A DNA stretch of 51,457 nt from Zetaproteobacteria bacterium. GTDB lineage: Bacteria > Bdellovibrionota_B > Oligoflexia > Oligoflexales > Bog-1112. This document shows positions 8,956 through 17,576 of the stretch, one piece after another. The translations under genes and the position numbers were made by a program. The stretch lies in the NCBI GenBank assembly GCA_947445855.1, contig CANFEH010000001.1:1-51457 (forward strand), written 5' to 3'. How positions within the stretch are numbered: position 1 is the stretch's first letter; every line of letters starts with the position of its first letter. The notes beneath the pieces were generated by a model. It was not told where the DNA came from. It saw only the letters and a program-made list of their open reading frames with translations, and searched no databases.

Positions 8956-9948
8956 ATGAAAGGGGTTAAAGAAGGTGTAGTGCTTTTTCTTTTCCTTCTT
9001 CTTTCGTTGAATTTATATGGTGTCCAAGAGAAAGAAAATCAAGTTTCATGGAAAATTCATTTAAAAATTGTGGATGAAGAAGGAAAAATTCTTTCTGGCT
9101 TTAAAATTTTTTATGATAAAGAGCTCATTGGTAAAGTAGATACTTTTGGTGAATGGCAGGGGATTATTAAAAGGAGAACAAGAGATCCATTTTTTTTAAC
9201 ACTTATAAGTTATTTGGATGACGATGGACTGTCTAAAAGAGTAGAAATTCGTTCAGATAAAAATGAAGAAGGGTTGTTTGTTTTTGAGGAGCTTGTCGTG
9301 TTTGAGCGTTTGCCTTCTTCTGTGAATCTAAATTCTCTTGATCAAGAGACGCTTTTAGCTGAAAAAAAGAGAAAATCTTTGGAGCTTATATACTTTAGTT
9401 TTTCTCAAAAAAAAGAAGCTCAAAACAAATATTTTTCTTTTGGTGAAACTCTCAAACTGGAAACAGCTCTAAAAAAAGAAGCTTCTCGTTTAGGTTTTTT
9501 CTATGACATGGGAGCTTTGTTACAAGTCTATATCGAGCCTCTTGAGAGAGAAGGAGGAATCGGTTCTGTTCTTTCTTGTGGAGTGCATGTAAGATTTCCC
9601 TACGAGCAGAAAAAAACTTTTTTTGAGTATCAAGGAAAAAATTTTTTTTCATCTAGTTGGGTAGAACAGTTGTTTTCAGAAATCAAAAAAAGAGCTTCAA
9701 TTCCTTTTTTGATTAAAAGAGTGGATGGAGAGTGGTTTCTTTCTGAAAAAAATGCAATTCAGCAAGAATTTTGGAATTTTGCTCCAACGCTAGAGCTTAA
9801 AAGTCATCTGTTTCCTATTCAAGTGTCAACAAAAAAAAAGACTTTAGATCATGAAACTTTGTATTATTTAATTCCTGCCGAAGGAAATTTTTGTAAACTT
9901 CCAGATAAAAACTCTTGTTATTTATATTCAAAACCATTCACTCCCTAA
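8956..9948 (+). CDS. hypothetical secreted protein
   Basis: AGGAG RBS and a signal-like N-terminus (VVLFLFLLLSLNLYG). No motif recognised. Confidence 0.45.
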   Translation: MKGVKEGVVLFLFLLLSLNLYGVQEKENQVSWKIHLKIVDEEGKILSGFKIFYDKELIGKVDTFGEWQGIIKRRTRDPFFLTLISYLDDDGLSKRVEIRSDKNEEGLFVFEELVVFERLPSSVNLNSLDQETLLAEKKRKSLELIYFSFSQKKEAQNKYFSFGETLKLETALKKEASRLGFFYDMGALLQVYIEPLEREGGIGSVLSCGVHVRFPYEQKKTFFEYQGKNFFSSSWVEQLFSEIKKRASIPFLIKRVDGEWFLSEKNAIQQEFWNFAPTLELKSHLFPIQVSTKKKTLDHETLYYLIPAEGNFCKLPDKNSCYLYSKPFTP

Positions 9949-10067
9949 TTTTCTATCTTTTTTAGTATTTGTTTTTTCTTGCAACTTAAAGGCTTAGATT
10001 CTAATCTAAGAGATACTCTCTTTTGATCTAGTTTTAAAATCTATTTTGATAATATGGGGAAATTTTA

Positions 10068-10484
10068 ATGAAGAAAGATTTTGAAGTTGAAGGTGTTGAT
10101 CATATAGGGATTGTAACAGATGGGAGTCCTAATCTTTTTTCTTTGTTAAAAGATGTTCTTGGATTGTCTTTTTTAGGGACAGAAAAAATATCTGATCAAA
10201 AGACTGAAGTTTCTGTTTTTCGTTCTGGCTGTAATTCCTCTTTAGAGCTTCTCGAGCCTATGAGTATTGATAGTGTTGTTGCTCGTTATAGAGAAAAAAA
10301 TCAAAAAGGCATTCATCATTTGGCACTTAGGGTCAAAGGACTTGAATTAGCTATAGCCTATCTTGTAAGTAAAGGTATTGTTATGATTGACGCGAAACCT
10401 CGTCTCGGTCATGGTGGCTCTAAAATTGCTTTTATTCATCCTAGATACACCTCAGGAATTTTGATAGAATTAGTAGAGAAATAA
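10068..10484 (+). CDS. methylmalonyl-CoA epimerase / VOC (glyoxalase-fold) family protein
   Basis: 138 aa with VDHIGIVT, GIHHLALRV and IAFIHP..SGILIELVE, the pattern I associate with methylmalonyl-CoA epimerase. Confidence 0.7.
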   Translation: MKKDFEVEGVDHIGIVTDGSPNLFSLLKDVLGLSFLGTEKISDQKTEVSVFRSGCNSSLELLEPMSIDSVVARYREKNQKGIHHLALRVKGLELAIAYLVSKGIVMIDAKPRLGHGGSKIAFIHPRYTSGILIELVEK

Positions 10485-10546
10485 CAACTTAAAAGGAGGG
10501 ACTTTCTTTTGAAGGTAGTCTCTCATTTAGAATAAGGTTCTCTTTC

Positions 10547-12442
10547 ATGGGCAAACGTCTTACTTGGAAGCCTCTTTCTCTTCTCATTGTATTAACATTT
10601 TTGTTAATTTTGCACTGTTTAGTAGACTATGTGAATGAGAAACGAAAATCTTTTTCAAAGATTCGAGAAAATTTTGCCCAAGAAGTAACAACATCTCTTC
10701 ATGTTTTAAGTGGTCAAATGGAAGATATCATAACCACCCTTAAGGAAGAAAAAAAACTCAATCTTTTTGATACTAATTTTTCTAAACGATTTTTCTTTTC
10801 AGAGTTAAGCTTATCAGAGCTTGATGAAGTTCAAGTTTTTTCTTCTGACTGCATGCTTATTGGTGTTTTTAGCTTATTTGATGATCATAAACTTCCTTGT
10901 TTTAGAGGAAGTGATCAAAAATTTTATGCTTCTGACTATAAAGGGTCGCCCACAGTTTCTCTTGTAAGGATACTAGAATTTGAAAACAACACCTACCGTA
11001 TTCAAGGTTCTTTTCATTTAGGTTCCGCTTGGCTTAGAGAACGTCCTTTCTTAGAAGCTTCTTTAGCGAAAGAATCTATTTCTATTGTGAGCGAAAAAAG
11101 CGAATCTTCTTCCTTCGTTAAGAAATTTTATAGCTTTTTTCCTAATGAAAAAAGAGGAGAAGAAGAGTTTCAAATAAATCTTTTTATTGAGCAATATCAG
11201 TATGGTCTTTTTCCATCTCTTTTTGCTCCTAATAGCTCTTTGTTTTTGAAGGGTGGAAATATACTTTTGCTTTTGTCTATGTTTCTTTGTTTTCTGATTT
11301 TTGTGGAAGGATCTTATCTACTGAGAAGAGAAAAAAAAATTTATGAAAACTTTAAAAAATGGTGTGAAGATGCCAGTAAAATGGAAGATAAAGAACTTTA
11401 TGCGAACTGTTTGAAAGAATTAAGAAGTCCTAAAAAAAATGGATCTTTGCCATTTTATGATGATGTGACAAGTTTAGTTTCAAAAAAGTTGCAATCTAAT
11501 TTTGACACTCAAATGAAGCTTAAAAAAATGGAAAAAGAACTAGAAAGTTATCAAAAGAAGAACGAAGAAAATCTAGACAAAAAACTTCATTTAACTATTT
11601 ATAAATCTTTTCTTGATCAATTAAAATCTTTCTCTTCTTCTCTTCAATATGATTTAAATCGTTTAGAGTCTATTGGAGAAAAAACTTTTAAAAAAGTGAC
11701 AGAAGGTCTTGGGCATAATTTACAAACACTAGAAAAACACTTATCTGACTGGAAAAAAGAAGCGACAGAAGTGGGTTACAAAAAACTGATGAGAAACTTG
11801 CAAGAAAGAGAAGGTTTAGTAGAAGGTTCTTCTATGCTAGAGGAACAAGTAAATTTTTTCCAAGGAGTTAGTTCTTCTTTAACTTGTGAATTGGAAAACG
11901 TGTCGTCTCTATGCAAAGAGTCTTTGCGGAGAAAAAAAGAGATTTCTTCTGTACTCGAACACTGGAGAGATTTTCTTTTTGATCAAGAAAAAGAGATTCT
12001 TTTTTTTGATCTACTTGAAAGTTCTATAAGTCTTTATAAGATAGCACGCCCGAAGGTTTCTTTTTTAATTGAAGAAAATGAGATTGATCTCAGCACTCCG
12101 AAAAAAGTAAAGAAAAATCTATTTATGAGTGCTTTGTATCATATTTTTGAAGCTTATGCTCTTTCCCAAGATGAAAGCTCTAGTTTGGTTTTTAAGCTAA
12201 AATTTGCCAGCGAAGCTCAAAAAGATTTTTTCCTTATTTCTCAGAAGGAAACTAGATCTCGCGGTTTTAATGAAGCAGGACTACGTAGTTTGAGTCTAGC
12301 AGAAGAACTTCTTCGTACTTCAGGTGTGAGACTTAGTCGTTTAAAACTAGGGGAATCATCACTTCTTAGTATTGAGTGGGAGAGGACAACTATCTCACTA
12401 ACCAAAAGAGAAAAAGCTCTACAGCACGAGCTTGGGTTGTAA
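10547..12442 (+). CDS. hypothetical membrane protein with coiled-coil region, possibly a degenerate sensor-kinase-like protein
   Basis: 631 aa with two hydrophobic segments flanking a roughly 200-aa presumed periplasmic region and K/E-rich coiled-coil stretches. The C-terminus GFNEAGLRSLSLAEELLRTSGVRLSRLKLGESSLLSIEWE is faintly HATPase-like. No H-box histidine recognised. Confidence 0.45.
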   Translation: MGKRLTWKPLSLLIVLTFLLILHCLVDYVNEKRKSFSKIRENFAQEVTTSLHVLSGQMEDIITTLKEEKKLNLFDTNFSKRFFFSELSLSELDEVQVFSSDCMLIGVFSLFDDHKLPCFRGSDQKFYASDYKGSPTVSLVRILEFENNTYRIQGSFHLGSAWLRERPFLEASLAKESISIVSEKSESSSFVKKFYSFFPNEKRGEEEFQINLFIEQYQYGLFPSLFAPNSSLFLKGGNILLLLSMFLCFLIFVEGSYLLRREKKIYENFKKWCEDASKMEDKELYANCLKELRSPKKNGSLPFYDDVTSLVSKKLQSNFDTQMKLKKMEKELESYQKKNEENLDKKLHLTIYKSFLDQLKSFSSSLQYDLNRLESIGEKTFKKVTEGLGHNLQTLEKHLSDWKKEATEVGYKKLMRNLQEREGLVEGSSMLEEQVNFFQGVSSSLTCELENVSSLCKESLRRKKEISSVLEHWRDFLFDQEKEILFFDLLESSISLYKIARPKVSFLIEENEIDLSTPKKVKKNLFMSALYHIFEAYALSQDESSSLVFKLKFASEAQKDFFLISQKETRSRGFNEAGLRSLSLAEELLRTSGVRLSRLKLGESSLLSIEWERTTISLTKREKALQHELGL

Positions 12443-12703
12443 GCTCGGGCCACTTAAGGTGAATAGTGTTTTTTGTGATGATCAGTGGGAAATGATAATA
12501 CTTGCAGTTTACAGACACCGGAAGGTTTAACTATGCAGTGACTCGGCTTAAACCCGACTTACAATGCTTAGTAAAGAATAAACTCTACTAGCAGATACTT
12601 GGCATCTTGCTCGGATTACAAGTATACGTAAGCAAATTATGGAATTACATTATAGTATGTAGTGTGTCAATAATAAACCTTATTTTGAATCAACTTACCT
12701 AAT
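12443..12703. ncRNA. candidate structured non-coding RNA or other non-coding element (family and strand unknown)
   Basis: 260-bp spacer between convergent genes, visibly less AT-rich than other spacers, with no ORF over about 12 codons on the + strand by my reading. Hairpins: 12427-12447 (7 bp), 12543-12557 (4 bp), 12566-12592 (7 bp plus bulge), 12595-12625 (7 bp). A perfect TATAAT on the minus strand lies at 12654-12649. Confidence 0.25.
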
Positions 12704-13498
12704 TCACAATTTAATAAAAGAATTTCCTTGAACGTTTTCAATGTATTGATTTCGCTTAATTTCATGCTCATTTGGTGGGTATTTTTTAGACCAAGATTCT
12801 AGAAAGGTTTTGTTTTCTGAATTGATAATTTCATAACCAGGATAGGTTTTATCCATATAAAGATAGATCCTCGCCATCAGGCCTCTAACTTCTACACGAG
12901 GCTCTATTTTGTTTTTAAAAATTTTTGTTTCACAACCTTTTAGTAGGTTTTTTCCCTCTTCTAAAATGCCCACAGGGTAGTTTGATCGCATAGCGTTAAC
13001 TTCTCCAATGGCTGGAACTAAGTTATAAAGGTCAGCTTCTATTAGGCGGTATTTTTGGGAGATAAGCTGTGCACATCTCCGCCCTTTAAATTTTTTTCCG
13101 TAAGTATTCCTGCAATTTTTATGACCTTTTTTCCAAGAAGGGAAATGTTGTCCAAATTGGGATGCTGGAACCACATGTTCCCATTCAATTCTTTTTGCTC
13201 GTTTGTTTTTCGGGGAAGAAGGTTTAAAAGGGCAGGAATCTAGTTGAACATGGCTTCCTGTAAAAGCGCAGCCGCAGTAAAAGGTTTCAAAAGTGTTTTG
13301 AGCATAAAATTTGCGGAGTAACTTTTTAGCCTCTTCAAAATTTTCTACTTGCAGATTTCCTGAATAAGAAATCTCTTCACTTTCAACTTCATATTCGCGT
13401 GTTCTTTTTTGGGGTGGATTGAAAAATTCAAGGAAGAAAAAAACAAAAATAACTAAAAGACTAATGAAGAAGAGAAGGTGTGCAGATTTAAGTTTCAT
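12704..13498 (-). CDS. endA: extracellular endonuclease I family DNase
   Basis: N-terminal anchor/signal, then FYCGC, IEWEHVVPAS and NLVPAIGEVNAMRSN, matching Endonuclease I (EndA/Vvn/Dns) signatures as I recall them. Confidence 0.8.
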   Translation of the reverse strand: MKLKSAHLLFFISLLVIFVFFFLEFFNPPQKRTREYEVESEEISYSGNLQVENFEEAKKLLRKFYAQNTFETFYCGCAFTGSHVQLDSCPFKPSSPKNKRAKRIEWEHVVPASQFGQHFPSWKKGHKNCRNTYGKKFKGRRCAQLISQKYRLIEADLYNLVPAIGEVNAMRSNYPVGILEEGKNLLKGCETKIFKNKIEPRVEVRGLMARIYLYMDKTYPGYEIINSENKTFLESWSKKYPPNEHEIKRNQYIENVQGNSFIKL

Positions 13499-13558
13499 AG
13501 TAAAGTGACTTCCATCTGAAGGTCGATCTTAATTTTTAGAAAGTGTAGGTTAGGAGAA

Positions 13559-14341
13559 ATGCCTTTTTTTGACAACTCTTATGCAACTATTCATTATGAA
13601 ATTTATGGAGATCAAGGGAGCCTTGTTATTCTTGTGAATGGTTATACAAGACCATGTCGAGATTTTAGACAACTGGCTACTTTTTTATCAAAACAGGGTT
13701 ACAGGGTTCTTATTTTTGATAATAGAGGTGCAGGGGAAACAAAAGCTTTACGTTTTGATACTCTTTCTGACATTGCTTTTGATCTTTTGTCAGTAGCAGA
13801 TTTTTTAGGTTTCAAAGAGTTTCATTTAGTAGGTTTTTCTATGGGTGGGGTTATTGCTCGGATTGTGGTTCATAATGAGAAAGCAAGGGTGAAGAGTCTT
13901 TCTCTTGTGAGTACACCTGCTGATCTATCGTTTGTAAAAAACAGTGCTGAAAAGCCTTGGGGTAAAACAGTAGACTCGATTGAAAGCAAATTTTCAGGGT
14001 ATGTTTCAATGGAATTTCTTGAAAAAAATGGACCTCTCATAAAAGCTATGGCTAAAACGATTTTAGAAAAGATGGATTCAGGTTTTGAGGAAGGCGCTCG
14101 AGCTCAAAGAAAAGCTCTTTTCAAGACACCAGTTAAATATTTTTCGCTTAAAGAAATCACAGTCCCAACACTTTTAATTCATGGGACTGAGGATCTTGTT
14201 GTTTCACATGAGCATTCTTTGCTGTTAAGAGAACAAAAAATTGACACTAAATTAGTTTTATACAAGGGAGCTGGTCATCTTTTGCTTTTAGAAAAATCTA
14301 AAGAGCTTTATCATGATGTAGCTTCTTTTATTTCATCATAA
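13559..14341 (+). CDS. alpha/beta-fold hydrolase
   Basis: Nucleophile elbow GFSMGG. 260 aa with C-terminal GAGHLLLLE, typical of the fold. Confidence 0.75.
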   Translation: MPFFDNSYATIHYEIYGDQGSLVILVNGYTRPCRDFRQLATFLSKQGYRVLIFDNRGAGETKALRFDTLSDIAFDLLSVADFLGFKEFHLVGFSMGGVIARIVVHNEKARVKSLSLVSTPADLSFVKNSAEKPWGKTVDSIESKFSGYVSMEFLEKNGPLIKAMAKTILEKMDSGFEEGARAQRKALFKTPVKYFSLKEITVPTLLIHGTEDLVVSHEHSLLLREQKIDTKLVLYKGAGHLLLLEKSKELYHDVASFISS

Positions 14342-14360
14342 AATTAAAAAGGGGTGTGAA

Positions 14361-15302
14361 ATGGGATTTGCCACAGTTTCTTTGATTCTTTTTTTTCTAG
14401 TTTGGTTTTTTTTGCAGCTTAAAACATCAAGGCCAGATGGTGTTCTTATTAAAAAACTTCACCCATATAGAAGGCTTCTTAGCTATATACAACCAGAAGC
14501 CAGTAGTTCTGTCGTCTATTTTGATGAGTACATTAAAGCTGAGAATCTTTTGAAATTTTTAGACGAAGTAAAGAAAATAAGGGATATTGATATGACTCAC
14601 TGTCTTGTTTTTGCTGGTGGGATTAGTCTTGTCAAAAATCCTCAAATGAATCGTTTTGTTAAAGGTTATCGTTTGTATCAAAGAAAAGGACAGTCTATTA
14701 CCTTTACTATGAAACGTAAAAAACTTAACAAACAAGCTAAAGTAGCAGCTGTTAAGATGTCTATTCATGAAAACACAACTCTCCATGAGATGAGCGAGAA
14801 AATTCATGGAAAAATTAATGTAGAAAGATCTGATAAAAAAACTTCTTTTGATGTGGAAGCTAATTTGTTTTTTAAACTGCCAAGACCTCTTATGGTTTTA
14901 GCTTTAAAAACAGCTTCTACTCTTGACTATTATAACCTTCTTCCTAGTTTTATGATTCGAAGTGACGCTATGTACACGAGTGCTTTCATTGCAAATCTTG
15001 GAAGTCTTGGTATGCAATCCAGTTATCATCATCTTTATGATTGGGGAACGTGCCCCCATTTTATTACTGCGGGAAAAATTTTTGATCGACCTGTGGTTAA
15101 AAATGGGCAGGTAACTTTTGAAAAATCAATGAATATTCGTTTCTCTTATGATGAGCGTATTGAAGATGGTTTAAGTGCTTATGAGGGGGTTAAATCTATT
15201 TTGCAAGTTCTTGAGGATCCTGAAAACTATCTTGGTAGTTTAAAAGGAGATGCTTCTCAATCAAAAACGTTTGGGGAATTAGCACATAGTCTTATAGTGT
15301 AG
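14361..15302 (+). CDS. membrane-anchored 2-oxoacid dehydrogenase E2 acyltransferase catalytic-domain-like protein (no lipoyl domain; DER replaces DHR)
   Basis: N-terminal TM helix. C-terminal FIANLGSLGM..FDRPVVKNGQVTFEKSMNIRFSYDERIEDGLSAYEGVKSILQVLEDPENYL parallels the E2 catalytic core (..sNlG.fG..rPvv.dg.i..r..m.lslsyDHRviDGa..a.Fl..l...LedP). Confidence 0.6.
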   Translation: MGFATVSLILFFLVWFFLQLKTSRPDGVLIKKLHPYRRLLSYIQPEASSSVVYFDEYIKAENLLKFLDEVKKIRDIDMTHCLVFAGGISLVKNPQMNRFVKGYRLYQRKGQSITFTMKRKKLNKQAKVAAVKMSIHENTTLHEMSEKIHGKINVERSDKKTSFDVEANLFFKLPRPLMVLALKTASTLDYYNLLPSFMIRSDAMYTSAFIANLGSLGMQSSYHHLYDWGTCPHFITAGKIFDRPVVKNGQVTFEKSMNIRFSYDERIEDGLSAYEGVKSILQVLEDPENYLGSLKGDASQSKTFGELAHSLIV

Positions 15303-16292
15303 TTCAAAAGATTCGAGTAGAGTTTTGAAATCTTCTGGGAGAGGGGCTTCAAAATTTAAGAAGGTTTCTGTTCTTGGATGTATAAAGCCAAGAGTCTTTG
15401 CATGGAGCATTTGTCTAGAGAGTTTTTCTATTAACTTTCTAGTTCTCAAACTAAAAACTTCAGACACTGTTTTTTTTATATTGTAGAGAGGGTCTCCAAG
15501 GACAGGAAGACCTAGTTCTTTCGCCTGCGCTCTAATTTGGTGGGTTCTTCCTGTGTGAAGAGTAACGCTGCAGAGAGTGTACTTACTACTGTAGGTAGTT
15601 TCTAGTTTAAATAGGCTTTTTGCCCATTTCCCACCTTTGTTTTTTTCTTGTGTAGAAGTAAAACGTGTTTTGTTTTTTGTGTCTCTTACAAGGAAACTTT
15701 CAAACAGGATTTGTTTTTCTTTCATTTCTCCTTCTAGAAGAACGAGATACTCTCTTTTATTTGTTTTTTCTTTAAACTGCTTTTGTAGATGAAGAAGAGT
15801 TTTTTCGTTTTTTGCCCAAACAAGAGCTCCTGTTGTGTTTTTGTCTAGCCTGTGAACAACTCCAGGTCTTTCTGAAATTTGTCTTTCTTTCTGCCAGAGA
15901 TTTTCTTTTTCGCAATGAGTCAGAAGAGCTTCTACTAGGGTTTTTCCAAGGCCTCCTTCAGAGAGGCTTGGATGGATGGAGATAGAAGTTTCTTTGTTCA
16001 CAACGATAAGGTCTGAATCTTCATAAAGAATAGAAAGAGGAAGAGATGAAGGAGAAAGTTTTATTTTGCTATGAGCCACTAAAGGCTCTAGAATTTTCAG
16101 GCTATCTCCTTGTTTTATAATTGTTTTATAAGATGTCATTAATTCGTTTAGAAGAATTTTACCGTTTTTAAGAGCTTCTTGAATCAGTGATCTGCTTACA
16201 CCCGTAAGCTTTTTTTTGAGGTATAGATCGATTCTTTCTTTTGTGTTTTCTTCTGTGACTTTAATTTCACGAGGAGTTTTTAGATCCATCAA
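15279..16292 (-). CDS. rluD: 23S rRNA pseudouridine synthase, RluA/RluD family
   Basis: N-terminal S4-like region (RIDLYLKKKL). Catalytic motif HRLDKNTTG, then GRTHQIRAQ. Confidence 0.8.
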   Translation of the reverse strand: MMDLKTPREIKVTEENTKERIDLYLKKKLTGVSRSLIQEALKNGKILLNELMTSYKTIIKQGDSLKILEPLVAHSKIKLSPSSLPLSILYEDSDLIVVNKETSISIHPSLSEGGLGKTLVEALLTHCEKENLWQKERQISERPGVVHRLDKNTTGALVWAKNEKTLLHLQKQFKEKTNKREYLVLLEGEMKEKQILFESFLVRDTKNKTRFTSTQEKNKGGKWAKSLFKLETTYSSKYTLCSVTLHTGRTHQIRAQAKELGLPVLGDPLYNIKKTVSEVFSLRTRKLIEKLSRQMLHAKTLGFIHPRTETFLNFEAPLPEDFKTLLESFELHYKTMC

Positions 16293-16482
16293 GTTTTTCT
16301 TTCTCTTATTTAGAAAAATATAAGCAGCGAGATTGCTTCGCTTATGCTTTGTTTTGTTTTTAAAAACAATATGTTACACAAAAACAACAAGTTTTGTTAG
16401 AAAAAAATCTTTTTTTATGTTACTTTGTTCTCTTCTTGAATATCATTTTTTTGATCCTCAAAGGTTTATAGGATAGTGTATT

Positions 16483-16749
16483 ATGCTTTCTAATTCTCAA
16501 AATGACTCAGCAGTAAGCCTGGATGAAGATGTCGTTTTATCTAATGAAGTGAAAAGGCTTCCTCCGGTTGTTCTTAGAGACATTAAATTAAAAAATGAAG
16601 CTAGGCGATTGAGTAATTTAAAGTTGATTGAAATCAAGATTAGAAAGTGTATTGCTTGTGATTCACTTTTTGAGTCAGTGGGTGATCGCATTTGTGGATG
16701 TAACACAGGAAAGAGATCAGGTTTTATTGCAGGACGTGAAATCATCTAA
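16483..16749 (+). CDS. hypothetical small protein with CxxC..CxC cysteine cluster
   Basis: 88-aa ORF with C-terminal KCIACDSLFESVGDRICGC. An almost equally long antisense ORF exists (16497..16745), so coding status and strand are uncertain. Confidence 0.35.
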   Translation: MLSNSQNDSAVSLDEDVVLSNEVKRLPPVVLRDIKLKNEARRLSNLKLIEIKIRKCIACDSLFESVGDRICGCNTGKRSGFIAGREII

Positions 16750-16824
16750 CCAACTCTTGATTCTTCAATTTGTCTTGATTCTTCAATTCTAACCAACTCT
16801 AATTTGGCCTAAGTCCCACCTTTT

Positions 16825-17538
16825 TTAGTTCACAGTGAGTTCGAAGTGTTCTATTTTTTGTTTTTTAAGAGCTGAGAAAACTTTATTGATATAAATACGG
16901 TTGATATAATCACCGCTTTTTTTGTTTCGTCTTATGCTTCCAGCGTTATAAGAGGCAATGAGGTCTTCAAGGTTGTTATAACGGTTCATCTGGAGTTTTA
17001 AATAAAGACCAGCAGCTGCAATATTTGTATAGGTATCAAAAAGAGGACAAGCAGCCTTAGTTCTTTTTGACATGGGAGTCCCTGCATAGTCTTTGTAACA
17101 GCCATTCATTTTTTTATTAAGTACCATTTCTCCTGTGCGGCGAAGAACTTGGCACATACCAAAAGCATGGTTGCTTATTCCACCATCGTTCGTTTTAAAA
17201 GCTTTATCATTAGAGTTGCTTTCTACTTCACAAATAGCATGAAGAAGATCAGCAGGAGCTCCTGTTTCAAGAGATACTTGATCTATGATTGCTGTGAGTG
17301 CTCTTTGTTTGTCACTTAAAGCAAAAGGTACTCCTAGAATTCCAGAATTCTTTTTTAACTCTTGGAGTTCTCTGCGAATTGGGCAAAGAACTTCCACAGG
17401 TGGCTTTGTTTCTGTTGTAAGTGTTACATGGTTATGCGCTTCTAGTTTATAGAACTTTAAGACTTTTTGCTTAAAGGAAGACATTGCTAGTAAGCCTAGC
17501 AACACAAAGATTTGATAATGTATGTTTGATTTTCTCAT
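16825..17538 (-). CDS. soluble lytic transglycosylase (SLT domain) protein
   Basis: Signal peptide. SLT motifs AICEVESNSN, GMCQV and SYNAG. Confidence 0.75.
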   Translation of the reverse strand: MRKSNIHYQIFVLLGLLAMSSFKQKVLKFYKLEAHNHVTLTTETKPPVEVLCPIRRELQELKKNSGILGVPFALSDKQRALTAIIDQVSLETGAPADLLHAICEVESNSNDKAFKTNDGGISNHAFGMCQVLRRTGEMVLNKKMNGCYKDYAGTPMSKRTKAACPLFDTYTNIAAAGLYLKLQMNRYNNLEDLIASYNAGSIRRNKKSGDYINRIYINKVFSALKKQKIEHFELTVN

Positions 17539-17576
17539 AGAAAAAACCTTTTTTTAATAAATTGTTCTTTTCTTTG

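Noticed and set aside
12241-12453. 70-aa antisense ORF at the 3' end of the 631-aa membrane protein gene, and the 82-aa antisense ORF at 16497-16745.
   Set aside because: The first is an R/S-rich shadow ORF with no RBS. The second mirrors the small Cys-cluster ORF, and its translation looks less protein-like. Both are kept only as caveats on strand assignment.
12511-12540. SRP (4.5S) RNA-like element: ACC-GGAA-GGU tetraloop hairpin preceded by GUUUAC, reminiscent of the E. coli 4.5S sequence.
   Set aside because: The conserved 3'-side AGCAGC symmetric-loop motif and the extended helix are absent. The resemblance is limited to a GNRA loop and a hexamer.
12543-12557. tRNA T-arm-like hairpin (TCGG-CTTAAAC-CCGA; on the minus strand the loop reads GTTTAAG).
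   Set aside because: The stem is only 4 bp, the loop lacks the TTC(R)A consensus, and I could not build an anticodon arm, D-arm or acceptor stem around it.
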